A DNA stretch of 64,000 nucleotides from the sequence record DRR723986_3008; one strand, written 5' to 3'. Every line of letters begins with the position of its first letter. The first letter of the stretch is position 1. This document shows, one piece after another, positions 29,797-40,364 of this stretch. The position numbers and the translations under genes were made by a program. The notes below the pieces were generated by a model that saw only the letters and a program-made list of their open reading frames with translations, was not told where the DNA came from and ran no database searches.

Positions 29797-30861
29797 TTAT
29801 GACTGCGCTATAGAACGGCCGCGTGACTTCAAGTCTACAAATGCTTCGTCAAGCCGCGCTACAACTGATTGCTCTGCTCGTCGTAGCCAAGCACGCGGGT
29901 CATATTGTTTCTTGAAAGGCGTGCCAGTCTCAGGGTGAACCTGCCACTTGAAGGCATCCCCGTTTTCAGCAACATAAGCGCCAACAGCTTCAGAAAAAGC
30001 AAACTGCGTGTCAGTATCGATGTTCATTTTAAAAACACCGTAACCCAAAGCCTCTTCAATTTTAGCTTTCTCGGAACCAGAGCCCCCATGAAATACAAAA
30101 TGCAAAGGATTGGTTGCTGTATTGCGCTCTTGCATTACCATTGCCTGCGATGCACCCAAAATTTCAGGCCGCAACTTAACGTTACCCGGCTTATAAACCC
30201 CGTGCACGTTACCAAATGATGCCGCTACAGAGAAATGACCAAGCGGCGTTAGAAGGTCATAGGCCTGCAGAACATCTTCTGGCTGTGTATACAGGCTTGG
30301 GTTTTCAAAGTCGTCGCCCACATCGGCGCCAACACCGTCTTCTTCGCCGCCAGTTACACCCAGTTCAATTTCCAAGCTCATGCCAAGCGGAGTCATTTCC
30401 TTTAAAACACGGGCGCAAGTTTCTAGGTTATCGGCGATTGGTTCTTCCGACAAATCAAGCATATGCGAACTATAAAGCGGTGTGCCTTCGCGCTTAATGT
30501 TCTGGCGGCTTTCTTCAACCAGTGCTTCAACCCATGGCACAAGGCCGCGATTGGCATGGTCGGTGTGCAAGACAACACAAATGCCGTAATGCTCCGCCAG
30601 TAACTGCGTATGTTTTGCAGCGGCAACAGCGCCCAACACTTTGGCACGAAACGCATCTTCCATGCCCTTACCCGCATAAAACTGTGCGCCGCTGTTGGAA
30701 AACTGAATGATAACATCAGACTTATTCTTTGCCGCTGCTTCCATCACCGCATTCAGCGAATTTGTTCCCACCACATTGACTGCAGGTAGCGCATAGCCCC
30801 CATTTTTGCACGCCTCAACAAGAGCCGCATAATCTTCGCCAAAAACAACACCTGGTTTCAT
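29797..30861 (-). CDS. fbaA: Class II fructose-bisphosphate aldolase (E. coli FbaA type)
   Basis: LHTDH, SSHMLDLSEE, GVTGGEEDG, FGNVHGVYKPGNV, FHGGSG, KMNIDTD. Confidence 0.95.
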   Translation of the reverse strand: MKPGVVFGEDYAALVEACKNGGYALPAVNVVGTNSLNAVMEAAAKNKSDVIIQFSNSGAQFYAGKGMEDAFRAKVLGAVAAAKHTQLLAEHYGICVVLHTDHANRGLVPWVEALVEESRQNIKREGTPLYSSHMLDLSEEPIADNLETCARVLKEMTPLGMSLEIELGVTGGEEDGVGADVGDDFENPSLYTQPEDVLQAYDLLTPLGHFSVAASFGNVHGVYKPGNVKLRPEILGASQAMVMQERNTATNPLHFVFHGGSGSEKAKIEEALGYGVFKMNIDTDTQFAFSEAVGAYVAENGDAFKWQVHPETGTPFKKQYDPRAWLRRAEQSVVARLDEAFVDLKSRGRSIAQS

Positions 30862-30980
30862 GTTCACTTCCCACCTAATGGCATCATCATGCCAATTCAA
30901 ATATAGTCATTTTGATACACAGCCACGCCTTATTACGCAACGGTTGGCAACGGTTTTTTTAATGCATAACCGTCACTTTT

Positions 30981-32144
30981 TTACCCCAGCGCAGCAACGC
31001 CCGGCAAAACACGCCCTTCCATCCACTCAAGAAAAGCACCGCCAGCAGTTGAAATGTGTGTGAAATCATCCTTTACGCCTGCGTGCGCCAACGCCGCAAC
31101 GGTGTCACCGCCGCCAGCTACGCTTAACAAACTACCGCCTAAAGTTAGTTTGCCTGCCTCACGCGCAAGGGCCACTGTTGCCGCATCAAAAGGCTCCATT
31201 TCAAACGCGCCCATGGGGCCATTCCAGACAAGCGTTTTTGACGCAGCAAGAACTGCCTTCAAAGCTTCAACCGTTTCAGGCCCAGCATCCAAAATCATTT
31301 CACCGTCTGCAACAGCATCAGCGGGTTTTACAGAATTGTCCGCATGCGCCTTAAACTCGCGTGCAACAACCACGTCGGTTGGCAAATGAACAATGCAGCC
31401 AGATGATTCAGCATTCGCAAGAATTTTTAAAGCCGTATCTTTCAAGTCTTTTTCACATAAGCTCGCCCCAACGCTGAAGCCTTGTGCATACAAGAAGGTA
31501 TTGGCCATGCCGCCACCAATAATGAGGTGGTCAACTTGCTCCACCAAGTGCTCAAGCACTGCAAGCTTTGAGGAAACCTTGGCGCCGCCAACAACAGCAA
31601 CAACAGGGTGCTCCGGCGCGCCTAAAGCGCGGTCCAATGCCTCCAGTTCCGCACCCATGGTTTCGCCCGCCGCCGAGGGTAGCAACTTAGCGATCGCCTC
31701 CGTGGACGCATGCGCCCTGTGCGCCGCAGAGAAAGCATCATTGATATAAACATCACCCAGGTCGGCAAAGCGGGCTGCTAATTCTTGGTCATTTTTTTCC
31801 TCACCCGCAAAAAACCGGGTATTTTCCATCACCACAACAGGGCTGTCTGGTATGGCTTCACCCAGTTCTGCAAACCCAACATCCCGGCCCAGCACCTTCG
31901 ACAAGGTATCTACGATAAGGTTTAAGGACATTTCAGGTACGACAGCACCTTTTGGACGACCAAAATGCGCCAATAATACCGAACGCCCCCCAGCAGCAGC
32001 AATTGCATCAACGGTTGGTTTCACCGCCTGCAGGCGCGTATCATCAGACACCATACCGTCCACCATCGGCACATTAAGGTCCACTCTTACAACGGCCGTT
32101 TTGCCGGTTAAATCACCAAGGTCTGAAATTCGCTTAAAAGTCAT
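30981..32144 (-). CDS. pgk: Phosphoglycerate kinase
   Basis: [42 protein letters not shown]. Confidence 0.98.
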   Translation of the reverse strand: MTFKRISDLGDLTGKTAVVRVDLNVPMVDGMVSDDTRLQAVKPTVDAIAAAGGRSVLLAHFGRPKGAVVPEMSLNLIVDTLSKVLGRDVGFAELGEAIPDSPVVVMENTRFFAGEEKNDQELAARFADLGDVYINDAFSAAHRAHASTEAIAKLLPSAAGETMGAELEALDRALGAPEHPVVAVVGGAKVSSKLAVLEHLVEQVDHLIIGGGMANTFLYAQGFSVGASLCEKDLKDTALKILANAESSGCIVHLPTDVVVAREFKAHADNSVKPADAVADGEMILDAGPETVEALKAVLAASKTLVWNGPMGAFEMEPFDAATVALAREAGKLTLGGSLLSVAGGGDTVAALAHAGVKDDFTHISTAGGAFLEWMEGRVLPGVAALG

Positions 32145-32180
32145 TCTTGCTTATCCCGAAAAGAAAAGGCTTATCCTGAT

Positions 32181-32211
32181 AAAGAAAAGGCGGCCTGAAT
32201 AAGACCGCCTT
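32181..32211 (-). terminator. Terminator-like hairpin between gap and pgk
   Basis: Minus strand AAGGCGGTCT-TATTC-AGGCCGCCTT followed by TTCTTT. Confidence 0.65.
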
Positions 32212-32233
32212 GTTGTTTAGTGTGCATGCTGGC

Positions 32234-33241
32234 TTAGCCCAATTTCGCCATGGCAACAGCCGTATCAGACATGCGGTTAGAGAAGCCCCATTCGTTATCA
32301 TACCACGTAAGGATACGAACAAACTTGCCCTCAACCACTTTGGTCTGGCTGCTGTCAAAAGTTGAGCTGTTGGCGTTATGATTAAAATCAATCGAGACTG
32401 CAGGCGTATCTTCGTAGCCCAGAATGCCTTTCAGCTCACCGTTTGCTGCCGCTTCAATAGCCGCGTTGATCTCATCTTCTGTTGTGTCACGGCTTGCATC
32501 AAACTTGAGATCAACCAAAGACACATTTGGGGTCGGCACGCGGATTGCTGAACCGTGGAGCTTGCCGTCTAGTTCCGGCAAAACAAGACCCACCGCTTTG
32601 GCGGCACCCGTTGATGTCGGGATCATACTCATAGCGGCAGCACGCGCACGGCGTGGATCACTATGCAGCGTGTCCAGCACAGGCTGGTCACCCGTATAGG
32701 CGTGAATAGTGGTCATGTAACCGCGCTCGATACCAATCAGATCATTCAACACTTTGGCAACGGGCGACAGACAGTTAGTTGTACAAGACGCGTTTGAAAC
32801 AATCACATCTTCGGCGGTGAGATCATCGCTGTTAACACCGTATACAACTGTGCGGTCAGCGCCTGCACCCGGTGCAGATATCAAAACTTTCTTCGCACCA
32901 GCCGTGAGATGCATTGAAGCTTTATCGCGCGCGGTGAAAATGCCGGTGCATTCCATCGCAACGTCTACATTTTCTTGTGCCCATGGCAATTCTTCAGGGT
33001 TGCGAATTGCAGTCACCAGAATACGGTCGCCGTTAACGACAATATGGTCGCCGTCGACGCTCACATCTGCGCCGAATGGGCCGTGTACACTGTCCCGCTT
33101 TAAAAGATAGGCGTTCATTTCAACGTCACCAAGGTCGTTGATCGCAACTACTTTGATATCGGTGCGACCGCTTTCGTATATTGCCCGCAGAACATTCCGG
33201 CCAATACGGCCAAAACCATTAATCGAAACTCTTACTGCCAT
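32234..33241 (-). CDS. gap: Glyceraldehyde-3-phosphate dehydrogenase, type I
   Basis: [34 protein letters not shown]. Confidence 0.99.
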   Translation of the reverse strand: MAVRVSINGFGRIGRNVLRAIYESGRTDIKVVAINDLGDVEMNAYLLKRDSVHGPFGADVSVDGDHIVVNGDRILVTAIRNPEELPWAQENVDVAMECTGIFTARDKASMHLTAGAKKVLISAPGAGADRTVVYGVNSDDLTAEDVIVSNASCTTNCLSPVAKVLNDLIGIERGYMTTIHAYTGDQPVLDTLHSDPRRARAAAMSMIPTSTGAAKAVGLVLPELDGKLHGSAIRVPTPNVSLVDLKFDASRDTTEDEINAAIEAAANGELKGILGYEDTPAVSIDFNHNANSSTFDSSQTKVVEGKFVRILTWYDNEWGFSNRMSDTAVAMAKLG

Positions 33242-33289
33242 TGAGGGTCTCCTGTTAGAAGAAATTAAAATGTTTTCTCAAATATATGT

Positions 33290-35293
33290 CTAAAGCTTGG
33301 CTTTCACTGCCGCGACCAGCGCATCAGATGTAATGCCGAAGTGCTCGTAAAGGTCAGGGCTAGGTGCAGAAGCCCCAAAACTATCCAGTCCAATATTGAT
33401 ACCATTAAGGCCCGTGTAACGCTGCCAACCAAATGTTGTCGCTGCCTCAATGGAAGCAGTTAAAACGCCTTCTGGCAGTACTGATTTGCGGTAGTCCGCA
33501 TCTTGTGCGTCAAAAAATTCTGTGCACGGCATGGAAACCACCCGGGTTGGAATGCCGCCTGCCTCAAGGGCCTCTCGCGCTTCGGCTGCAATTTCAACTT
33601 CCGAGCCAGTACCGATGAGAACGACTTTTGGTGAACCACCGGAAGCCTCATGCAAAATATAGCCGCCTTTGGCACACAAGTTTTCATCCGTATTGGTCAA
33701 ACGCTGTTGCTTCAGCCCTTGGCGGGTAAGCGAATGCACACTTGGCGTGCTTTTCGACTGCAGCGACAGCGCCCAGCACTCTGCTGTTTCCACCGCGTCG
33801 CAGGGCCGGAAAACATTCAGGTTTGGCATTGCACGCAAACTGGCGACATGCTCAACCGGTTGATGCGTGGGGCCGTCTTCACCCAAACCAATACTATCGT
33901 GAGTCATAACATATATAGCGCGCTGCCCCATTAATGCTGCCAAACGAATGGCTGGGCGGGCATAATCTGTAAAAACAAGGAATGTGCCGCCATATGGAAC
34001 ATGCTGACCGTATAGGGCCAAGCCGTTCATCGCTGCGCACATTTCAAATTCGCGAATGCCGTAATAAACATACCGACCAGAAAAATCATCGGCCGAAATA
34101 GGATCAGTCTGACTTGTTTTTGTCAGGTTAGAGCCTGTCAGGTCAGCCGAGCCCCCAATGGTTTCAGGCACAACATCATTAATCACTTCAAGTGCCATCT
34201 GGCTGGCCTTGCGTGTTGCAACCTTTACAGGCTCGGCAACCAATTTGGCTTTATAGTTGTTGATTGCGTCATCAAAGCTTTTTGGCAGGTCTTTTTCCTG
34301 GCGGCGAGCAAAGTCCGCCCGGACAAATTCGTCCAGTTTATCGAACTCTTTCTGCCAATTGGACGATGCAGAAGCACCCGCTGCACCAACGTTGCGCCAA
34401 GCTGCCAAAATATCTTCAGGAATATCAAAAGGTGACGCCTGCCAGTTCAACAACTCCCGCGCGCCAGCAATTTCGTCATCTCCCAAAGGGGCACCGTGTG
34501 TTGCAGAGGTGCCTTGTTTGGTTGGCGCGCCGTAACCGATTGTGGTTCGGCAGGCAATTAAGGATGGCTGGTCACTTGATTGAGCTTCCGTAATGGCAGC
34601 TTCGATAGCTTCCGGGTCATGTCCGTCCACTGCTTGAACATGCCAACCTGCGGCTTCAAAACGGCCATGCATATCTTCACTGGTTGATAGGTCAGTGCCG
34701 CCATCAATTGAGATGGCGTTATCATCCCAAAGAACAATCATCTTCGATAGGTTCAAATGACCGGCCAAGGAAATAGCCTCCTGGCTTACACCCTCCATCA
34801 AACAGCCATCGCCTGCCAGCACATAGGTGAAGTGGTCTGTGATCGCATCGCCGTATTCGGCGTTAGAAAGCCGTTCACCCAGCGCCATACCAACAGATGT
34901 GGCCAACCCTTGGCCAAGAGGGCCAGTTGTTACTTCAATGCCAGGGCATTCGCCGTATTCCGGATGACCTGCGGTTGGACTATGAAGCTGGCGAAAATTT
35001 TTGATGTCTTCAATGGTTGGTTTTGAATAGCCGGTTAAATACAGCAGCGAGTAAAGCAGCATTGAGCCATGACCTGCCGACAGTACAAACCGATCCCGGT
35101 TTGGCCATTCCGGCCAGTTTGGGTCAAACCGCATAAACTTGGAATATAAAACGGTCGCAACATCTGCCATGCCCATGGGCATACCCGGATGGCCAGAGTT
35201 AGCTTTCTGAATTGCATCCATCGAAAGCGCGCGGATCGCATTGGCCATATTGTTGTGAGTTTCGATATCGGAAGAAAAGTCAGCGTCATTCAT
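33290..35293 (-). CDS. tkt: Transketolase
   Basis: SGHPGMPMG, TTGPLGQG, GDGCLMEG, THDSIGLGEDGPTHQP; start 35293 or 35302. Confidence 0.98.
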   Translation of the reverse strand: MNDADFSSDIETHNNMANAIRALSMDAIQKANSGHPGMPMGMADVATVLYSKFMRFDPNWPEWPNRDRFVLSAGHGSMLLYSLLYLTGYSKPTIEDIKNFRQLHSPTAGHPEYGECPGIEVTTGPLGQGLATSVGMALGERLSNAEYGDAITDHFTYVLAGDGCLMEGVSQEAISLAGHLNLSKMIVLWDDNAISIDGGTDLSTSEDMHGRFEAAGWHVQAVDGHDPEAIEAAITEAQSSDQPSLIACRTTIGYGAPTKQGTSATHGAPLGDDEIAGARELLNWQASPFDIPEDILAAWRNVGAAGASASSNWQKEFDKLDEFVRADFARRQEKDLPKSFDDAINNYKAKLVAEPVKVATRKASQMALEVINDVVPETIGGSADLTGSNLTKTSQTDPISADDFSGRYVYYGIREFEMCAAMNGLALYGQHVPYGGTFLVFTDYARPAIRLAALMGQRAIYVMTHDSIGLGEDGPTHQPVEHVASLRAMPNLNVFRPCDAVETAECWALSLQSKSTPSVHSLTRQGLKQQRLTNTDENLCAKGGYILHEASGGSPKVVLIGTGSEVEIAAEAREALEAGGIPTRVVSMPCTEFFDAQDADYRKSVLPEGVLTASIEAATTFGWQRYTGLNGINIGLDSFGASAPSPDLYEHFGITSDALVAAVKAKL

Positions 35294-35550
35294 ATCAATC
35301 AACTTTGCTCAATGAGGCACAAGAAATTGGTCGCGAAATAATTGCTGGCAAAATGGCCGGGAACTGGCCTCTAGTCAACCATTGAACAGGCATTATACAA
35401 CAAATATGATCATTTTATCGGCTTCCCCAAGACTGGAAGATTGACCTTGATCGACCAAACGCTTTATCTTCAACAATAATCTAAATTTCGGCGCTAATCT
35501 CAAGGCGAAAATATCCGCTTTAATTAGTTCCGTTTATCCGGGGATCGGCC

Positions 35551-36105
35551 ATGGCCAACATGCAGGAAAATAACGCTTTGGAAGCGGCGCGCACGCGACT
35601 CGAGCAAGCGCTGTCCAAACTAACGCAGGATGTAGAAGCATCCCGGACAGCCCTTGAAACAGCGTTGGCTGAAAAAACAGCAGCTGCAGAAGACCAAGCC
35701 GCTCAAAGCGAACGCATTCAGTCTTTAGAGCAAGAAAATCTGCGCCTGCATGAACAAATAGCAGCAGTTTCTTTGCAACAGCCTGAAAGTGTGACAGATG
35801 GCAACTTAACAGAGGTCGAGGCAGAAAAAGCCGCTCTGCAGCAGAATTATGATCTTTTGAAACGTCAATATACCAGTTTGCAAGACGAATTCGAAGGCTT
35901 ACAGGACCGCATGGGGGCTGAAAGCCAGAGTGAACACGAATCTAATAACAACGCAACTGCGAGCGAAGAAACTGAAGACCTACGCAAGCAAATTGGATCA
36001 TTAGTGCACGAACGCAATGAAATGCGCGACGAACTAGACGCTGCGATTGCGGAGCTGGAATCGTTTCTTACTGATAATAAATTAGCAGCCGGGGGAGCAC
36101 ACTGA
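35551..36105 (+). CDS. Coiled-coil protein upstream of zapA (ZauP-like by position)
   Basis: Heptad-rich E/Q/L/A composition; stop overlaps the zapA start. Confidence 0.7.
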   Translation: MANMQENNALEAARTRLEQALSKLTQDVEASRTALETALAEKTAAAEDQAAQSERIQSLEQENLRLHEQIAAVSLQQPESVTDGNLTEVEAEKAALQQNYDLLKRQYTSLQDEFEGLQDRMGAESQSEHESNNNATASEETEDLRKQIGSLVHERNEMRDELDAAIAELESFLTDNKLAAGGAH

Positions 36106-36422
36106 TGGCTCAAATTAACGTAACTGTTGCTGGCAAGTCCTATTCACTAGCGTGCGCTGAGGGCGAGGAAGATAGACTGCATAAGCTGGCGGCCTACATT
36201 GATAGCAAAGCATCAGACCTGACAAGCAAACTTGGCCATGTAGCCGAATCGCGCCTTATACTCATGGCAGCGGTGCTAATAGCTGACGAGCTTCACGACA
36301 GTTTAGAAGGCAAAGGCCAAGATGGTTTGATGGCTGGATTTTCTGAAGATGACGTAGCCGTTATGCTAAATGATACAGCTTCGGAAGTAGAAGCTATTGC
36401 AGATCAGCTCGTAAAGGCCTAA
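36105..36422 (+). CDS. zapA: Cell division protein ZapA
   Basis: VTVAGKSYSLACAEGEEDRL...RLILMAAVLIADEL; canonical zapA-ssrS-5-FCL context. Confidence 0.92.
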   Translation: MAQINVTVAGKSYSLACAEGEEDRLHKLAAYIDSKASDLTSKLGHVAESRLILMAAVLIADELHDSLEGKGQDGLMAGFSEDDVAVMLNDTASEVEAIADQLVKA

Positions 36423-36431
36423 ATACAGCGC

Positions 36432-36593
36432 GCGGGTACTGCGCTGTGCGCACGATATGAAGTAATCCCCGGGGCTATAATTCTTCCTAGGGAGCTGTCC
36501 CTGATCTGAACCCTGGTTCTCATCATCACGGCGCCCACCTGATTTATCAGGCATCGGAGGATACAAACGTCAACGCGGCAGAGGTGGTCCCGC
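36432..36593 (+). ncRNA. ssrS: 6S RNA
   Basis: Complementary ends GCGGG/CCCGC, alphaproteobacterial core AGGGAGCTGTCCCTG...ACGGCGCCCACCT, located between zapA and the 5-FCL gene. Ends are approximate. Confidence 0.9.
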
Positions 36594-36636
36594 ACCCTAC
36601 CTTGCCTGTTATTGATCGATCATTGGTCGCTGGTTT

Positions 36637-37206
36637 ATGTCGAATATAAAAACTTCAATCCGGACCAACGCCAAACGAATGCGTGCCGGCGCTGCACAAT
36701 TGTTGGGCATCAAGGCTGCAGAACAAGCGGCAATTCACGGCGTTAAGTTATTGAATGGCATGGATACATCAAGTGTGATCGGTGCCTACTGGCCTATCCA
36801 TGATGAATTAGACCCTAGGTTTCTAATGCGGGCGCTTGAGGGTATGGGGTTTCCGCTGGCATTGCCGGAAGTGGTTAAAAAAAACGCCCCCTTGGTTTTC
36901 CGCCGGTGGGGCTTGGGCGATGAGTTAGTGCCGGGCATGTTTGGCACAGAGCAACCTTGTGCAGACGCCCCCATAGTTGTGCCAGACGTAGTAATTGTAC
37001 CGCTTCTAGCGTTTGATGCTGACTGTTACCGGTTGGGCTACGGTGCCGGGCATTATGACCGCACACTTGCTGCTCATCCGCACATAAAAGCTTTTGGCTT
37101 TGCATACGGCGCGCAATTTGTGGAAGATGTAGGAAAAGAAGATCATGATTGGCCGCTGCAGGCGGTTATCACCGAAACTGGCACCATATTGCCTCGCGTG
37201 ACTTAG
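36637..37206 (+). CDS. 5-formyltetrahydrofolate cyclo-ligase
   Basis: GAYWPIHDELD, VPLLAFD...RLGYGAGHYDRTL, HDWPL...ITE. Confidence 0.94.
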   Translation: MSNIKTSIRTNAKRMRAGAAQLLGIKAAEQAAIHGVKLLNGMDTSSVIGAYWPIHDELDPRFLMRALEGMGFPLALPEVVKKNAPLVFRRWGLGDELVPGMFGTEQPCADAPIVVPDVVIVPLLAFDADCYRLGYGAGHYDRTLAAHPHIKAFGFAYGAQFVEDVGKEDHDWPLQAVITETGTILPRVT

Positions 37207-37242
37207 CGGCATACCATATGGTTTCAATAAAGAAAGAACCCT

Positions 37243-38058
37243 ATGCGTTTATTGTTTTTAGGTGATTTAATGGGCCGGTCTGGCCGCGATGCGGTGATTG
37301 CAGCGCTGCCTGATCTACGAGAAAAGCTGAAACTGGATTTTGTGGTGGTGAACGCTGAAAACGCCGCTGCGGGCTTTGGCACAACCGGCAAAATTGCAGG
37401 GCAAGTTATTCAAGCAGGTGCTGATGTGCTGTCCGGTGGCAATCATACATTTGACCAAAAAGACATTCTAACAATCATTGATAACGACAATCGCATTCTG
37501 CGGCCGATAAACTACCCTGACCCTACACCCGGGCGTGGTTTTGCCATTTATGATGCCCCGCGCGGTAAAAAAGTTATGGTGATTAACGCCATGGGTCGCG
37601 TGTTTATGAACGAAATGGACTGCCCCTTCAAGGCGGTGGATGCGGCGATTAAGAAATACCGACTGGGCGTTGCGGTGCATGCTGTGATTGTTGATTTTCA
37701 TGCCGAAGCAACATCGGAGAAAATGGCTATGGGGCATTTTCTTGATGGCCGCGCCAGCCTTGTTGTGGGAACTCATAGCCATGTGCCAACAGCAGACGCC
37801 CAGATATTACCCGGCGGCACGGCTTACCAAACAGACGCAGGCATGTGCGGTGATTACAATAGCGTTATCGGCATGGACAAGGCTGAGCCTATAAGCCGGT
37901 TTTTGACCAAAATGAACCGGGAGCGCTTCAGCCCAGCAGGCGGCGAAGCAACCGTGTGCGGTACTTTTGTCGAAACAGATGACCGCACAGGTTTAGCCAA
38001 ACGCATTGAACCTGTGCGCATGGGGCCCCGCCTTATAGAGCATATGCCCGCAGTTTAG
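37243..38058 (+). CDS. YmdB/TIGR00282 family metallophosphoesterase
   Basis: LGDLMGRSGR, NAENAA, GNH, DFHAEATSEK, GTHSH, TDAGMCG. Confidence 0.94.
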   Translation: MRLLFLGDLMGRSGRDAVIAALPDLREKLKLDFVVVNAENAAAGFGTTGKIAGQVIQAGADVLSGGNHTFDQKDILTIIDNDNRILRPINYPDPTPGRGFAIYDAPRGKKVMVINAMGRVFMNEMDCPFKAVDAAIKKYRLGVAVHAVIVDFHAEATSEKMAMGHFLDGRASLVVGTHSHVPTADAQILPGGTAYQTDAGMCGDYNSVIGMDKAEPISRFLTKMNRERFSPAGGEATVCGTFVETDDRTGLAKRIEPVRMGPRLIEHMPAV

Positions 38059-38098
38059 GAGGCTATTCAGCTTAAACCAATTGGCGACTTGCAAAAAT

Positions 38099-39382
38099 CT
38101 ATTTTGCCAGAGGCTTTTCTTTTTCGTCGCTTTCCTGCGGAGATTGAACAATCTCTTCTTTAACTTCTTTGCGAACAATCCGGCTACCTTCACCGCCAAC
38201 AAACTCCTCAACCGTAACTGTTCCTTCGCGGGTGCGTCGCGCGTTGCGGGCTTTAATACCCCGAATTAAGGCTCTCGTTTGAGGAGAAATTTTTGACATG
38301 CCCGTTTGGTTAAATGCTGGCGTGGTAAATACCCCGCTGGTTGGGGCGCCACTGGTTGGCGGTGCAAATATGCCGGTTGGTTCAGAGCCTGAATCAGGCG
38401 TTGTTGTATTGCCAATGAAAAACCCGAGAGCGCCCGAACTGGTGTTAAAGCTACCGCCACCAAATGTATCGCCGTCTTTCATATCGGCAATGCGCCAATC
38501 ATAGTTTTTGATTTTGAATGACTTTGCCTTGACCAAGTCTCGCCGAGTATCTGGACGAGCAAAGATCAGCAAATGGTCTCGGATATCCTGATCAAAATCA
38601 GGAAAATAGCGTTCACCAAGTTTATAATGGTCAGAAACCCGGCCAGAACCAGACCATAGTTTGAAACCGCGTAGGCTATTTACAAACTGGATAGCGTTGT
38701 CCACCAACGCGTCACCTACATTGTCACCTGTGTAGGCCTCAGCCCGAATGTTCGGTCCGCCGATAGTGCCCATAAAGAAGCCATATAACACCAGCGGATC
38801 ATTCCATCGGCCAATAACATAGTCTTCAATATCCTGAATAGACATCTCTTTGCCGCCAACCGACATGGTTTTATTATCCCAAACGCTTTTTTTACCAACC
38901 ACTAGGGGTTTAATTTTTTTAATTGGATAGGCCTTGGCCACCTCGACCATAACAGCGACATTATGAAGGTTCAGCCAGTAAGCCAGCTGCTCATTGGCAG
39001 AAAAGCTTTTTAGCGGCATAAAATTGGGGACGGCTTCAAGGTCAACACGAACAGCCGTTAGATAATCCACATGATCCTGTTTGAATTCATTGAATGCAAT
39101 ACGGTTGCCCTCTAGCGCCGATACATTGGTATTGCCGTGTTTTATTCTTGTCGATGTGGTTCGGGCGCCATTGCGTCCTGCAGGCCGACGATCTGAAAAC
39201 CCAACATCAAGCACTGAGCCTGACAGCATAATATTCAAATCATCATACTTAATTTCATACTCTTCTTTATCCTGGGCTTTTTGTTTTGCCGCACCTTCCA
39301 AGGCAACAACCGAAAAGCTGCCGCTTCCATAAAAAGTAATCGAAAAAATCAGCATCATACGCGCTGTAAAAGACCGGATCAT
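38099..39382 (-). CDS. Exported DUF547 domain protein
   Basis: EQLAYWLNLHN, WNDPLVLYG, GGPNI; signal peptide; GGGAGG RBS before ATG 39382. Confidence 0.75.
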   Translation of the reverse strand: MIRSFTARMMLIFSITFYGSGSFSVVALEGAAKQKAQDKEEYEIKYDDLNIMLSGSVLDVGFSDRRPAGRNGARTTSTRIKHGNTNVSALEGNRIAFNEFKQDHVDYLTAVRVDLEAVPNFMPLKSFSANEQLAYWLNLHNVAVMVEVAKAYPIKKIKPLVVGKKSVWDNKTMSVGGKEMSIQDIEDYVIGRWNDPLVLYGFFMGTIGGPNIRAEAYTGDNVGDALVDNAIQFVNSLRGFKLWSGSGRVSDHYKLGERYFPDFDQDIRDHLLIFARPDTRRDLVKAKSFKIKNYDWRIADMKDGDTFGGGSFNTSSGALGFFIGNTTTPDSGSEPTGIFAPPTSGAPTSGVFTTPAFNQTGMSKISPQTRALIRGIKARNARRTREGTVTVEEFVGGEGSRIVRKEVKEEIVQSPQESDEKEKPLAK

Positions 39383-39523
39383 CTTGCCCTCCCAAGTTTC
39401 AAAACAGCCGCAATCACGCCAAAAAGCATCATTAAAGCCAAACGATACTGTAGCAAAAAAACACAGTTCACGCAATTTAAGGGCATTTCAAAAACGGTAA
39501 GCCAGACTTTAAAGTTCAACAGG

Positions 39524-40336
39524 CTACAAAAACCGGCCTACCACATCCTTATAGGAACGGCTTACTTTTAGCTCCATACCGCAGCTAAGCGTGAGGAAAC
39601 ACTCGCCGTTAGAATGGGGCCGCACCTCTTTGACCTTGTCTAAGTTTACAATGGTAGAACGATGTACCCGCTGGAAAATTTTAGGGTCTAGCCGCTTCTC
39701 CATGGTTTTCATGGTTTCACGCAAAATGTGCGTTTTTTCGCCCACATGAATGCACATATAGTCGCCTGCAGCATCGATATAATCCACATCAAAAATATCG
39801 ACGATGGTAATATGACCGCGATCTTTAATCCGCAAATGCGGATCATACCGAGCTTCGCGCATTTCCTGCGGCTGTTCCAGCAAAGCGGTAAGCGCCTCTT
39901 TGGGCGGCGTATCCATATTCTCAAGAAGTTCAACCAAACGCGAATTTTGCTCTATAGCAATACGCTGACTGATAGCATCACGCACCCGCACAATGGCTTC
40001 AGCTAGTCGTTCTTCTTCAACCGGCTTGAGAAGATAGTCCAGCGCATGAGCCTCGAACGCTTCCAGGGCATATTGGTCATAGGCTGTAACAAAAACCACC
40101 AACGGAATTTCCGCTTCACCAACAAGCGACCTGATAACTGAAAAGCCATCAAACCCAGGCATTTGAATATCCAGAAACACCAAATCGGGCTTAACCTCTT
40201 TAATAACTTTCACCGCTTCCCGACCATTCGAACAGGTGCCAACAATTTCCACATCGTTAAAAGCTTCAAGCCTTATGGTCAGACCGCGCACCGCAAGCGG
40301 TTCATCATCTACAAGTAGGGTGCGGATTTTGCTCAT
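39524..40336 (-). CDS. LytTR family response regulator
   Basis: VDDE, FLDIQMP, FVTAYD, YLLKP; FQRVHRSTIVN, VSRSY. Confidence 0.95.
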   Translation of the reverse strand: MSKIRTLLVDDEPLAVRGLTIRLEAFNDVEIVGTCSNGREAVKVIKEVKPDLVFLDIQMPGFDGFSVIRSLVGEAEIPLVVFVTAYDQYALEAFEAHALDYLLKPVEEERLAEAIVRVRDAISQRIAIEQNSRLVELLENMDTPPKEALTALLEQPQEMREARYDPHLRIKDRGHITIVDIFDVDYIDAAGDYMCIHVGEKTHILRETMKTMEKRLDPKIFQRVHRSTIVNLDKVKEVRPHSNGECFLTLSCGMELKVSRSYKDVVGRFL

Positions 40337-40364
40337 GACTGATCCTTCATAACTAATGTTCTGG

